Below are positions 39,666 to 49,586 of a stretch of 64,000 nt of DNA, in pieces. Source of the DNA: Patescibacteria group bacterium (GTDB lineage: Bacteria > Patescibacteriota > Minisyncoccia > Phycocordibacterales > Phycocordibacteraceae). How positions within the stretch are numbered: the stretch's first letter is position 1; each line of letters begins with the position of its first letter. The stretch lies in NCBI GenBank assembly GCA_018969385.1, contig JAGWYL010000001.1, forward strand, positions 2,677 through 66,676. Reading direction: 5' to 3'. Below the pieces are notes generated by a model. The model was not told where the DNA came from. It saw nothing but the letters and a program-made list of their open reading frames with translations, and searched no databases. The position numbers and the translations under genes were made by a program.

Positions 39666-39739
39666 TGGCTGGGGGGGAAGGAATCGAACCTTCATTCACA
39701 GCTTCAAAGGCTGCTGTCCTGCCATTAGACGACCCCCCA
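39666..39739 (-). tRNA. tRNA-Gln (TTG), CCA encoded
   Basis: Cloverleaf TGGGGGG...GCAGC-CTTTGAA-GCTGT...GAAGG-TTCGATT-CCTTC-CCCCCCA-G-CCA. Confidence 0.96.
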
Positions 39740-39850
39740 ATGTACGCACTAACGAACGCACTGTAACACCATACGGCGGCGCGGAAAATGCTACTTGCAG
39801 AATCGGGCGAATCCGCTAGGCTGTCCCTGAACCCGAACCAAGAGGTTGCC

Positions 39851-40066
39851 GTGGAAACGCCCGCATTCCTGCTGACGTTCGGGCTCACGCTCGTCGTCGC
39901 ACATTCCATCTATAAGAGCGTGAAGTTTCCGGATAGCTTGGACCGTCTCCAGCATTTCTCGCTCGGGGACCTGGACATGCTCCAGTTCCTACGGGCGGGC
40001 GCCGACTTCGGCGCACTGCTGATGGTCTTCGCCCTGTTCATGCTCTTGTTTAAAGGTACGTTCTGA
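39851..40066 (+). CDS. Small 2-TM hypothetical protein
   Basis: GAGG then GTG start; two hydrophobic segments. Confidence 0.45.
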   Translation: METPAFLLTFGLTLVVAHSIYKSVKFPDSLDRLQHFSLGDLDMLQFLRAGADFGALLMVFALFMLLFKGTF

Positions 40067-40102
40067 TGGGCCGCGCTTCGAAAGATGCGCGGCCCGCCTG
40101 TT

Positions 40103-40909
40103 TCAGTTCAACTTGCAAAGCGCCTTGAGTTCCGCGATATCCGCGGCCGTGAGCTTTTCCGCACTGCCCTCGTTGTACGCATACATGATGGCGTTCGGGT
40201 CCTGGTTGTGTTCGAGTCCGAGCGCATGGCCGAGCTCGTGCGCGAGCACGCGCTCGAGCTTCGCGCGACTCTCGAATTGATACACGTTTATCCGCGTCCC
40301 GGCGCTGTCCCGTATGTACTCCCCTTCGTTGAAATCCGTGCCGGCCGTAGCGTTGTATGAGCCGACCTGCACGTTCGTGTTCGCGGCAAGCGCATTCAGC
40401 GCATCCACGTTCGCATTTATGCTCGCGAGTTCCCCGTCGAGCTTCTGCCGTTCGGCTTGAAGCGCGTCGTAGGCCGACTTCGGCGCGCCGCCTTGCGCGT
40501 TCCAGTACGAGACCTGCGCTTCGTACTGGCTCAACTCCGCGTCATAGGACGCTTTCTGCGCATCGAGCGCGGCCTTCTTCGCGTCATAGGCGGCTTGCTC
40601 TTCGGAGATGGTCTTCCCGAGGTTCGTCGTCTGCTGCCGCGTGTCGTATATGAGATTTATCTTGAGCGAGCCGTCCGGCGCATACGCGAAAAGCTGCCTG
40701 CCTGCGGCGTCATCCCAGAGCTTAGCCGCCGCCGATACGGCGGCGAGGAAGTCCGCCTTGCTCTCCCCGAAGCGCGTGTCGAACGTGCCGAGGCTGTACG
40801 CGATGGGCGTCGCGCACGGCGCGGGATTCTCATAGTAGTACGCGCCGGCGATGGCCGCGGCCGCGAGGAGCGGCACCGCGACGCGACCGACGAGCCGAAG
40901 CACGTTCAT
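40103..40909 (-). CDS. Matrixin (M10) family metalloprotease with coiled-coil insert
   Basis: N-terminal TM, HELGHALGLEH and Met-turn AIMY. Confidence 0.9.
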   Translation of the reverse strand: MNVLRLVGRVAVPLLAAAAIAGAYYYENPAPCATPIAYSLGTFDTRFGESKADFLAAVSAAAKLWDDAAGRQLFAYAPDGSLKINLIYDTRQQTTNLGKTISEEQAAYDAKKAALDAQKASYDAELSQYEAQVSYWNAQGGAPKSAYDALQAERQKLDGELASINANVDALNALAANTNVQVGSYNATAGTDFNEGEYIRDSAGTRINVYQFESRAKLERVLAHELGHALGLEHNQDPNAIMYAYNEGSAEKLTAADIAELKALCKLN

Positions 40910-41931
40910 CCGGGGAACAGTTCGAGGACGGCAAGCTCGAGCGGGATTTCCGGCATGGGCGCGTAGCGTATGCGTTCGGATGCGTTCAGGAACGCGAGCA
41001 GCGTCTTCGGCGTGACGCCTTCGCCTTTCGCGAAGGCGAGGAGCGCCGCATATTCGTCCTCCCCATGCTCCGCCTTGAGCTTCTCGCGGAATTCTTCCGC
41101 GTACCGGATGAGGAGCGTCGCGCGGAGCGCCTCGATGACGAGTTCGAGGAACAGCTTCATGTCCGCGCCGGAAGCGGACGCCTTCTCCACCGCGGAAAGC
41201 GCCGCGCCGCGCTCTCCTGCGGAAAGCGCGGTTATGAGCGCGTGCACCTGTTCGCGTTTCGGCGCGCCCGTGGCGGCTTCCACCTCTTCGCGCGTCAGCT
41301 TCTTGTCCTTCGAGATGCCGAGCACCTTCTGCAGGACGGAAAGCGAGTCGCGATACGACCCTTCCGAAAGCATCGCGATGAGTTCCGCCGCGTCCGGCAG
41401 AAGCGCGTACCCTTCCTTCTCTGCCACCTTCGACACGAGCGCGGCGATGCCCTTCCTCGTCGGCTTCTTGAATTCGAACACCTGGCAGCGCGACTGCACG
41501 GTTTCCGGCACGCGCTCGAGCTCCGTCGTCGCGAGTATGAACACCGCGTATGCCGGCGGCTCCTCAAGCGTCTTCAGAAACGCATTCCACGCGCTTTTCG
41601 AGAGCATGTGCACCTCGTCGAGGATGTACACCTTGTACGGAGAGTGGAACGGAAGCGTATAGATGTTTTCAGCAAGCTCGCGGATATTCTCCACGCTGTT
41701 CTGGGACGCGGCGTCTATCTCATACAGGTCCTGATCCGTGCAGCCGATTTCCCGCGCGAAGATGCGCGCGACGGTGGTCTTGCCGAGCCCGCGCGAACCC
41801 GCGAAAAGATACGCGTGCCCTATCTTTCCGGTCTTCACGGATTCCGCAAGCGGCGCGGTCACCTGCTCCTGACCCATCACTTCCGCGAAGGTCTGCGGGC
41901 GGTACGCGCGATACAGGGATTGATTGCTCAT
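40906..41931 (-). CDS. dnaX: DNA polymerase III subunit gamma/tau (short form)
   Basis: YRAYRPQTF, GSRGLGKT, EIDAAS, DEVHML, SRCQ. Confidence 0.95.
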   Translation of the reverse strand: MSNQSLYRAYRPQTFAEVMGQEQVTAPLAESVKTGKIGHAYLFAGSRGLGKTTVARIFAREIGCTDQDLYEIDAASQNSVENIRELAENIYTLPFHSPYKVYILDEVHMLSKSAWNAFLKTLEEPPAYAVFILATTELERVPETVQSRCQVFEFKKPTRKGIAALVSKVAEKEGYALLPDAAELIAMLSEGSYRDSLSVLQKVLGISKDKKLTREEVEAATGAPKREQVHALITALSAGERGAALSAVEKASASGADMKLFLELVIEALRATLLIRYAEEFREKLKAEHGEDEYAALLAFAKGEGVTPKTLLAFLNASERIRYAPMPEIPLELAVLELFPG

Positions 41932-41938
41932 CGGGAGA

Positions 41939-42910
41939 TTATACCAAGCCCGCGGCCCGAATGGCTTCCGCGAGCTCGTCCGCGCTTTCCGTCTCCATGA
42001 GTTTCGCCCGGAACTCCGCGGCGCCATCGAAGCCGGTCACGAACGCCTTGATGTGCTTCTTCAGTATGTGGAAAGGCTTTTTCGGCGCGAGCGCGTCATA
42101 AGAACGCGCGAGCGCGACGAGCGCCGCAAGCTTTTCGGCAAGCGGCGTATCCTCCGGCTTCCTTCCGGAAAACACCCACGGATTGCCGAATACCGCGCGG
42201 CCGAGCATGATGCCGTCCGCGCCGTACCGCGCCGCTTTCTCCCGCCCGTCTTCCAGGTCCTTCACGTCTCCGTTGCCGATGAGGAGGACCTGCGAACCGA
42301 GCGCGGCGCGGATGCCGACGGCCTTTTCCATCAGTTCCCAGCGCGCGGGAACCTTGGACATTTCCTTGCGCGTGCGCAGGTGAAGCGTGATTGCCGCAGG
42401 CTCTGCTTCAAGGAGCGCGGGCAGCCATTCGTCCAGGTCCTCCTTGCCGTACCCCACGCGCGTCTTCACGGAGACCGGAAGGCCGGATGATTTTGCCGCT
42501 GCGACGATCGCCTTCGCGAGCGCCGGCGTCCGAATCATGGCCGAGCCGCAACCCTGCTTCTCTATCGCGCGGTCCGGACAACCCATGTTTATGTCCACGC
42601 CGTCGAAGCCGAGCTTCGCCGCGAGTTCCGAAGCGTACGCCATAAAGTCCGGCTTGCTCGAAAAAAGTTGCGCGACTATCGGCCGTTCCCCTTCCGAATA
42701 CAGGAGGTCCCGCATGAGCGGATTTTTCGCGTCCAACATGCGCGCGCTCTCCCGTGTGTGATAGAGGCCGTCCGCGGAGACGAACTCCGTCCAGGTGATG
42801 TCCGGCTTCCCGCATGCGGCGACGAGCCGCCGGAACGCGGGGTCCGTGACGTCCGCGAGCGGAGCCATGGCGAAGAACGGCCGCGGAAGCCTGTCCCAGA
42901 ACGATTGCAT
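41939..42910 (-). CDS. tRNA-dihydrouridine synthase
   Basis: APLADVTD, DINMGCP, SVKTR, GNGD, MLGRA. Confidence 0.93.
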   Translation of the reverse strand: MQSFWDRLPRPFFAMAPLADVTDPAFRRLVAACGKPDITWTEFVSADGLYHTRESARMLDAKNPLMRDLLYSEGERPIVAQLFSSKPDFMAYASELAAKLGFDGVDINMGCPDRAIEKQGCGSAMIRTPALAKAIVAAAKSSGLPVSVKTRVGYGKEDLDEWLPALLEAEPAAITLHLRTRKEMSKVPARWELMEKAVGIRAALGSQVLLIGNGDVKDLEDGREKAARYGADGIMLGRAVFGNPWVFSGRKPEDTPLAEKLAALVALARSYDALAPKKPFHILKKHIKAFVTGFDGAAEFRAKLMETESADELAEAIRAAGLV

Positions 42911-42990
42911 GCGCGCATCTTAGCAGCTTTTTCCATCCGCGCTCCCTGCGGTACGGCGCGCCAGCGCAGGAGACGCGGAGCAAGTGTCGC

Positions 42991-43944
42991 CTACTGCCTC
43001 TTCTTCAAGTACACCTTGCCGGGGAATCGCAGGTCCACATATTCGATGGAACCGTCCGTGAGCGTGAGCGATGGGAATGCGGACGCGGCAAGGGCGGAGG
43101 CGGCCACTTCGTCGCCGAGCACGTACGTGACGCGCGTGCCGCCCGCAAGGAACAGGTCCGCCTCATCGCCACGCAGCACGAGCGAAACGGGATTCGCGCC
43201 GAATGTCGAAAGAGAACGCGCGAACTGGAGCGCGCGCGATATCTGCGCCGCGGAAAGGACATGCGCGCGAAGCGGGACGGCAAGGTCGATGGGAGCGTAG
43301 ACGCGCGTATCGAAAAGCGGCGCGTCTACTCCCACTGGCTCCGTGGTAGACGCGGCGGTGCCGGGCATGCTCGCGAACAGGAAACCTTGCGGGTCGCTCG
43401 CGTAGCAGGGTGCGGAACCGTCCGGCATGACGGATTCGCTCGATGTCGCCACCGCATCATCCGTGCCGCACCAGAGATACGCGTCTACGCGCGGCAAGAG
43501 CGCCACTGAAATGGAATGGAACCCCGTGCGGGAAATGGAGACGGCACCCACGTCCGGGCGCGCGGCGAGGAGCGCCGCGCGTATGCTCCCTTCGGGCAGG
43601 AAGAAGATGGAGTCCCGCGGGATGACCCAGAAGTATGTGCCCGTAAGCTCGGAAGCGACGAGCGGTTCAAGCGATGCGGCGTCCGTTCCCGTAAGCGCGA
43701 TTCCCGTAACGCGCACGGCGGGACGCCAGAGTCCCCAGAACGCCGCGACGACGAGAAGGAACGCGAAGACGCCAAGCGCGATGGCGAGCGCCTTCCGATG
43801 GCGGCGGCGGCGCTCATGCAAGCGCGTACCCGCGCGCGGCGCGCCCTGCGAGCCCGAACGCGGCAAGACGTCGAGGTCCCGCCGACGTATCGGCGGCTTC
43901 TCGACATGCGGCCTCCTGATATCGAGGACGGGTCGGTTCGGCAT
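42991..43944 (-). CDS. FtsQ/DivIB-like cell division protein
   Basis: Basic N-tail, single TM, POTRA-like region, C-terminal EYVDLRF. Confidence 0.7.
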   Translation of the reverse strand: MPNRPVLDIRRPHVEKPPIRRRDLDVLPRSGSQGAPRAGTRLHERRRRHRKALAIALGVFAFLLVVAAFWGLWRPAVRVTGIALTGTDAASLEPLVASELTGTYFWVIPRDSIFFLPEGSIRAALLAARPDVGAVSISRTGFHSISVALLPRVDAYLWCGTDDAVATSSESVMPDGSAPCYASDPQGFLFASMPGTAASTTEPVGVDAPLFDTRVYAPIDLAVPLRAHVLSAAQISRALQFARSLSTFGANPVSLVLRGDEADLFLAGGTRVTYVLGDEVAASALAASAFPSLTLTDGSIEYVDLRFPGKVYLKKRQ

Positions 43945-44013
43945 CGCTCAATTCTACACTGCACGAGCCGGATTTTCGTGCGAAAACTGCTTGAGAGCCG
44001 CAGCGAAGCGCGC

Positions 44014-45288
44014 TTAGGCGGCGTGCTTCTTGATGACGTCCTTGCCGAGGTACGGAACCAGCACGTCCGGAACCTTGATGGAACCGTCCGCCTGCTGGTA
44101 ATTCTCCACGAGCACCGCAAGGAAGCGCGGCGTGGCGAGCGCGGTGTTGTTCAGCGAATGCGCGAAGCGCAGGTCGCCCGCGGCATCGCGATAGCGGATG
44201 TTCAGGCGGCGCGTCTGGAAATCGTGGAAGTATGAAGACGAGTGCGTCTCGCGGTACTTCCCTTCGGACGGCATCCAGCATTCGATGTCGTACTTCTTCA
44301 CCTGGCCGAGCCCGAGGTCTCCTCCGCAATTCGCAACGACGTGGTACGGAATCCGAAGCGCCTTGACCGCCTCTTCGGCGTTCGCGGTCAGCTCTTCGTG
44401 AAGCCGCACGCTTTCCGCGTGCGAGGCTTCGGAAAGGATGACCTGTTCGAACTTGTAGAATTCGTGGACGCGGACGAGTCCCTTCGTGTCCTTGCCGTGG
44501 CTTCCCGCTTCGCGCCTGAAGCAGGGAGAGAAGGAGAAGAACTTGAGCGGAAGCGCGGCGGCGTCCACCACTTCGTCCATGTAGTACGCCATGGTGGCGA
44601 CTTCCGCGGTGCCGGAAAGGTATTCCCCGTCCTGCGTCTTGTAGAGGTCCTCTTCGCTCTGCGGGAGATACCCGGTGCCCATGAATCCTTCGCGGCGCAC
44701 GAGCGAAGGGACGATCATCGGCGTGAACCCGCCTTGCTTCACGAAATGGTCCGAAAGGAAACGCCAGAGCGCGTAAGAAAGGAGCGCGCCGTCGTTCTTG
44801 AGGAAGTAACCGCGGAACCCGGCGACCTTCGTGCCGCGGTCGAAGTCCGCCATGTCGAGCGCGGTCATGAGCTCGACATGGCTCTTCGGCGCGAATGAAA
44901 ACGCGGTCTGCTCTCCCCACGCGCGCACTTCCTTGTTGTCCGCATCGCTCTCTCCTTCCGGAACGGAGATGTCCGGGATGTTCGGCACTTCGAGCATCAG
45001 TTTCTGCCATTCCTCCATGACGACCTTCAGCCGCTCTTCGTCTTCTCCCATCCCGCTCTTGAGCTGGCGCATCGCTTCGAGCAGCTTTTCGCGCTCATCG
45101 CCCGTCGCGCGCTGAATCTCGGAGGAGCGGCGGTTCTGTTCTGCCTTCTTCTCGTCAAGCCGCTGGCGGATAGCCTTGCGTTCGTCATCCAGCTTCAAGA
45201 GCGAGTCGATGTCGACCGCCATGCGCTTCTTCGCGGCGCCCGCCTTCACGAGGTCCGCGTTCTCGCGGATGAATCGTACGTCTAGCAT
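44014..45288 (-). CDS. serS: Serine--tRNA ligase
   Basis: MLDVRFIR, PN.PD.SVP, GTAE, FRREAG, RVHEF.K.E, ENYQ..DG. Confidence 0.97.
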   Translation of the reverse strand: MLDVRFIRENADLVKAGAAKKRMAVDIDSLLKLDDERKAIRQRLDEKKAEQNRRSSEIQRATGDEREKLLEAMRQLKSGMGEDEERLKVVMEEWQKLMLEVPNIPDISVPEGESDADNKEVRAWGEQTAFSFAPKSHVELMTALDMADFDRGTKVAGFRGYFLKNDGALLSYALWRFLSDHFVKQGGFTPMIVPSLVRREGFMGTGYLPQSEEDLYKTQDGEYLSGTAEVATMAYYMDEVVDAAALPLKFFSFSPCFRREAGSHGKDTKGLVRVHEFYKFEQVILSEASHAESVRLHEELTANAEEAVKALRIPYHVVANCGGDLGLGQVKKYDIECWMPSEGKYRETHSSSYFHDFQTRRLNIRYRDAAGDLRFAHSLNNTALATPRFLAVLVENYQQADGSIKVPDVLVPYLGKDVIKKHAA

Positions 45289-45345
45289 AGCGGATAGCTT
45301 CCGGAAAACGCGCGAAGACCGGTACTCATAGGATAAGATACTAGC

Positions 45346-46197
45346 ATGGAAATGCAGTCGCTTGCATCGGCGGATTTCCCGCCCGCGCTTCGCGAGATAC
45401 CGGACCTGCCGGAGCGGCTGTGGCTTCGCGGTTCCCTTCCGCCTGCCGGGACGAAGCTGCTTGCCGTGGTCGGCAGCCGGGCGCTTTCGCGCTACGGCAA
45501 GGAGGCGTGCGAGATGCTCATCGCCGGACTTTCGGGCTATCCCGTCTCCATCGTCTCCGGCCTCGCGCTCGGCGCGGACGCGTGCGCGCATAGGGCCGCG
45601 CTTTCCGCCGGACTCCACACCATCGCGATTCCGGGTTCGGGGCTCGACGATTCGGTCATCTATCCGCGCGCGCACGAAGGACTCGCGCATGAGATTCTCG
45701 CCGCGGGCGGCGCGCTCCTCTCCGAGCATGGAGCGAAGCATCGCGCGGCGCCGCATGATTTCCCCTCGCGCAACCGCATCATGGCGGGCATGGCGGATGC
45801 CGTCCTCGTCGTCGAGGCGGCGCCGCGCTCCGGCACGCTCATCACCGCGCGACTCGCCGCCGACTATAACCGCGAGCTGCTCGCGCTGCCGCATCGCATA
45901 AGCGACCCGCACGGATTCGGCCCGCACCTTTTCATACGGCTCGGCGCGACGCTCGTCACCGAGCCGCTCCACATCCTCGAAGCGCTCAAGCTTCCGCCGA
46001 AGGAGCGCGAGGCGGGCGCTGCGCCGCGCGACCTTGCCGGCGCGGAACTCGTTATCTGGGATATGCTCAAGGAACCGAAGAGCCGCGACGAGCTGCTGCG
46101 CGCCGGCGAGGACGCCGGCGCGGTCATGACCGCGCTCGTCTCCCTCGAACTGCGCGGCCTCGCGAAAGAGGAGTTCGGCGCCTGGCGGCGCGTATGA
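45346..46197 (+). CDS. dprA: DNA-protecting protein DprA
   Basis: AVVGSR, VSGLALGAD, FP.RNRI, VEA..RSGTLITA. Confidence 0.95.
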   Translation: MEMQSLASADFPPALREIPDLPERLWLRGSLPPAGTKLLAVVGSRALSRYGKEACEMLIAGLSGYPVSIVSGLALGADACAHRAALSAGLHTIAIPGSGLDDSVIYPRAHEGLAHEILAAGGALLSEHGAKHRAAPHDFPSRNRIMAGMADAVLVVEAAPRSGTLITARLAADYNRELLALPHRISDPHGFGPHLFIRLGATLVTEPLHILEALKLPPKEREAGAAPRDLAGAELVIWDMLKEPKSRDELLRAGEDAGAVMTALVSLELRGLAKEEFGAWRRV

Positions 46198-46982
46198 AGA
46201 TCTATTCCTGGAACATGCTGTTCGTGAACCGGGAGCTCGAAAGGGCTTTCGCGTTCATCCGCGATTCGGACGCGGATATCTTCTGCCTCCAAGAAGTGCC
46301 GGAACCTTTCCTCAAGCGGCTGCGCGCTTCGTCGTTCTCCATTGCCTACCGGAATGACATGACGAAGCTCTTTTGCTCCGGCACGGTACACACCTATAAC
46401 GTCATCCTTTCCCGCCACCCGCTTCTGGCGCAGGGCGAGATTCCCTACGAGGACTATTGGCCGCTCCTGCCGCTACGCACGCGCTTCTTCGTCTTTCTCA
46501 TGCGTCCGTTCCTCTTCACGAAGATACGCGACCGCGGCGGCATCTATGCGGATGTCCGTATCGGCGGCACGCTCGTGCGCGTCTTCAACCTGCACCTGAT
46601 TCTTGCGCGTCCGCAGTGGCGGCTACGCGAATTCGAAGCGGCGATGGCGAAGCGCGAGCCCTCTCTTCCGACCGTGGTGTGCGGCGATTTCAATATCCTC
46701 GAATCCCCGAAGATATCCATCCTGAACTGGCTCGTGGGAGGAGCGTTCGGCGACGCCGTCTTCTGGAAACGGGAACGCGCGGTCATCGAGGAACGCTTCG
46801 CGACGCACGCCCTTTCGAATCCGCTTCGCGGCCGGAGAACGCATCCGATTTCCCGCTCGCAGCTCGACCACATACTCGTCTCCGAGGATTTCACCGTGAC
46901 GCGCGCGGCCGTGCTCCCGGACCGCATCGGTTCAGACCATCATCCGATCTTCGCGGAAGCGATGTTGGACATGCGGGCCTGA
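46194..46982 (+). CDS. Endonuclease/exonuclease/phosphatase family protein
   Basis: SWN, LQEV, NLHL, GDFN, LDHI, SDHHP. Confidence 0.92.
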   Translation: MKIYSWNMLFVNRELERAFAFIRDSDADIFCLQEVPEPFLKRLRASSFSIAYRNDMTKLFCSGTVHTYNVILSRHPLLAQGEIPYEDYWPLLPLRTRFFVFLMRPFLFTKIRDRGGIYADVRIGGTLVRVFNLHLILARPQWRLREFEAAMAKREPSLPTVVCGDFNILESPKISILNWLVGGAFGDAVFWKRERAVIEERFATHALSNPLRGRRTHPISRSQLDHILVSEDFTVTRAAVLPDRIGSDHHPIFAEAMLDMRA

Positions 46983-47153
46983 CCCGCACACTCACCTTCG
47001 CATTGCGTCTTTGCCGCCTTGCATGATGTCCCTTATCGCCTGCGAAACTCGGCATATATGACGATTTTCAAAACTCAAGCGCATGCGTGCGGCGATGCGA
47101 AGTTGAGTGTTCGGGCTTGACCATATAGAGGTATGCGCGGTATGAGTTAACCC

Positions 47154-49541
47154 GTGGCGAAGAAACTACTCATCGTCGAGTCTCCGACGAAGGCGCGCAC
47201 CATCGGCCAGTATCTCGGCAAGGACTATGAGGTCCTCGCTTCCGTCGGGCATGTCCGCGACCTGCCGAAGTCGAACAAGGATGCGGTGGATATCGAGGAC
47301 GATTTCCGCCCCAAGTACGTGATACCCGCGGAGAAGCGCGAGGTCATCGAACGCATTCGGCGCGCTGCGGGCAAGATAGCTGACGTCTACCTCGCGACCG
47401 ACCCCGACCGCGAAGGCGAAGCCATCGCGTGGCATATACAGGAGGTAGCCGACCTCACGAAGCCGAAGCGCGTCGTCTTCCACGAGATAACGAAGAGCGC
47501 CATCGAAGAGGCGCTCCGGCATCCGCGCGCCATCGACGAGCACCTGCGCCGCGCGCAAGAAGCGCGGCGCGTCCTCGACCGCATCGTGGGATACGACCTT
47601 TCCGGACTCATCTGGAAGAAGGTGCGGTACGGACTTTCCGCCGGACGCGTGCAGTCTCCCGCGCTCCGGATACTCGCGGAGCGCGAACGGGAGATTAAGG
47701 CATTCGTACCGGAAACATATTTCGTCATCGACGCGCGCTTCAAGGCGAAGGACGGCATGGAGTTCCCCGCGGTATGCGCGACGGAGCCGAAAACGAAGGA
47801 CGAAGCGGAGCGCATCGTCACGCTCGGCCGCGCGGCGTCGTGGGAGGTCGCGTCCGTGACGGAGCGCAACGAGGAGCGCAATCCGCGCCCGCCGTTCACC
47901 ACTTCCACGCTCCAGCAGACCGCCTCCACGCGCCTCGGCTTCGCGCCTTCGCGCGCGATGCGTGCAGCGCAGAAGCTGTACGAAGCGGGCCACATCACGT
48001 ACATGCGTACGGACTCCGTGAATCTCGCCGCGGAGGCGGTGGCGAAGATGGCCGGCGTCATCGAGCGCGAATTCGGAAAGGAGTATCTCGAGGTGCGGGC
48101 GTATAAGACCAAGAGCAAGAACGCGCAGGAAGCGCACGAGGCGATACGTCCGACGGATGCCGGGAAAGCGAAGGCGGGAAACACCTCGGACGAGCAGCAT
48201 CTCTACGAGCTCATCCGCACGCGCGCGCTCGCCTCGCAGATGGCGAGCGCGAAGGTGCTCCGCACGAGCGTCGCCGCGAAGGCGTCCGCGGATATCCCGC
48301 TCTTCACCGCATCCGGTTCGCGCATCCTCTTCCCCGGCTGGCTCGCGCTCGACACCCGCGCGCGCGGCGAGGATACGGAGCTGCCGAAGCTCGCGGACGG
48401 CGAAGCGCTCGCGCTCCTTTCGCTCGCCGAAACCGAAAAGCAGACGGAGCCGCCGAACCGCTACACGGAAGCGGGTCTCATCAAGGAACTCGAAAAGCGC
48501 GGCATCGGACGCCCGTCCACCTACGCGAGCATCATGAAGACCATCGCGGACCGCGGGTACGTGGAGAAGCAGGGCCGGACGCTCATGCCGACCGCGACCG
48601 GCATGGTGGTGTCCGGCTGGCTCGAGGAGAACTTTCCGCACTACGTGAGCGACACGTTCACTGCGGAGATGGAGGACGAGCTCGACGAGATAGCGCGCGG
48701 CGAGCGCGGCTATGCCGAGACGCTCAAGGCGTTCTACGGACCGTTCGAGAAGGAGGTGCGCGCGAAGGACAAGCTGCCGAAGGCGACGGCGCTCGGCGAC
48801 GTGCCCGCCGAGTTCCCCTGTCCGCTGTGCGGCGGTCCCATGGAGTTCAAGCTCGGGCGCGCGGGCGTCTTCATGAGCTGCAAGCGCTATCCGGAATGTG
48901 CGGGCGCGCGCATGGAAGACGGCACGGAGATGAAGCCGGACGACCCCATCGGATTCCATCCTGAAACCGGAGCGCCGATTTTCATAAAGACCGGACGATT
49001 CGGCCCGTACGTGGAAATGGCACTGCCGGAAGCTGACAGCGAACAGCTGACAGCTGACAGCAAGACCGAACCCAAGAAGCGCGGCAAGGGCCGTCCGAAG
49101 ACCGCGGCGAAGCGCGCGAGCATCCCGCCCGGCACGGACCTCTCGCAGATTACGCTTGCGGACGCGCTCCGGTATCTCTCGCTTCCGCGCGAGCTCGGCA
49201 TGCACCCTTCGACCGGGAAACCGGTCTTCGCCTCCACGGGACGCTACGGACCGTACGTGGGCAGCGACGGCGAATTCCGTTCGCTCAAGAGCGCCGTGGG
49301 AGACCCGTACACCGTCACGCTCGACACGGCGCTCGCGCTCCTTGCCGAACCCAAGAAGCCGCCGCGCGGCGTGGACATCGTCCGCGAAGTCGGCAAGCAC
49401 CCCAAGACCGGCAAGACCATCGTGCTCTATCGCTCCAAGCAGGGACTGTTCCTCAAGAAGGGACTGCGACGCATCTACCTCCCTTCGACCGCCGACGCGG
49501 ATGTGCTCACGCCCGAAGAAGCGGCGGAGTACCTCAGATAG
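47154..49541 (+). CDS. topA: DNA topoisomerase I
   Basis: IVESP.K, ATDPDREGE, SAGRVQ, ITYMRTDS, GIGRPSTY; one Zn ribbon plus C-terminal GRYGPY-type repeats. Confidence 0.97.
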   Translation: MAKKLLIVESPTKARTIGQYLGKDYEVLASVGHVRDLPKSNKDAVDIEDDFRPKYVIPAEKREVIERIRRAAGKIADVYLATDPDREGEAIAWHIQEVADLTKPKRVVFHEITKSAIEEALRHPRAIDEHLRRAQEARRVLDRIVGYDLSGLIWKKVRYGLSAGRVQSPALRILAEREREIKAFVPETYFVIDARFKAKDGMEFPAVCATEPKTKDEAERIVTLGRAASWEVASVTERNEERNPRPPFTTSTLQQTASTRLGFAPSRAMRAAQKLYEAGHITYMRTDSVNLAAEAVAKMAGVIEREFGKEYLEVRAYKTKSKNAQEAHEAIRPTDAGKAKAGNTSDEQHLYELIRTRALASQMASAKVLRTSVAAKASADIPLFTASGSRILFPGWLALDTRARGEDTELPKLADGEALALLSLAETEKQTEPPNRYTEAGLIKELEKRGIGRPSTYASIMKTIADRGYVEKQGRTLMPTATGMVVSGWLEENFPHYVSDTFTAEMEDELDEIARGERGYAETLKAFYGPFEKEVRAKDKLPKATALGDVPAEFPCPLCGGPMEFKLGRAGVFMSCKRYPECAGARMEDGTEMKPDDPIGFHPETGAPIFIKTGRFGPYVEMALPEADSEQLTADSKTEPKKRGKGRPKTAAKRASIPPGTDLSQITLADALRYLSLPRELGMHPSTGKPVFASTGRYGPYVGSDGEFRSLKSAVGDPYTVTLDTALALLAEPKKPPRGVDIVREVGKHPKTGKTIVLYRSKQGLFLKKGLRRIYLPSTADADVLTPEEAAEYLR

Positions 49542-49586
49542 CAAAAGCCATTACCCGTCGCGGGCGGGATTCGGTATACTGGCCGG

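Noticed and set aside
40906-41931. Short DnaX (and short IF-2 at 62222) as truncations or pseudogenes
   Set aside because: Core motifs are intact and the genes are coupled to neighbours; compact forms are usual in reduced genomes.
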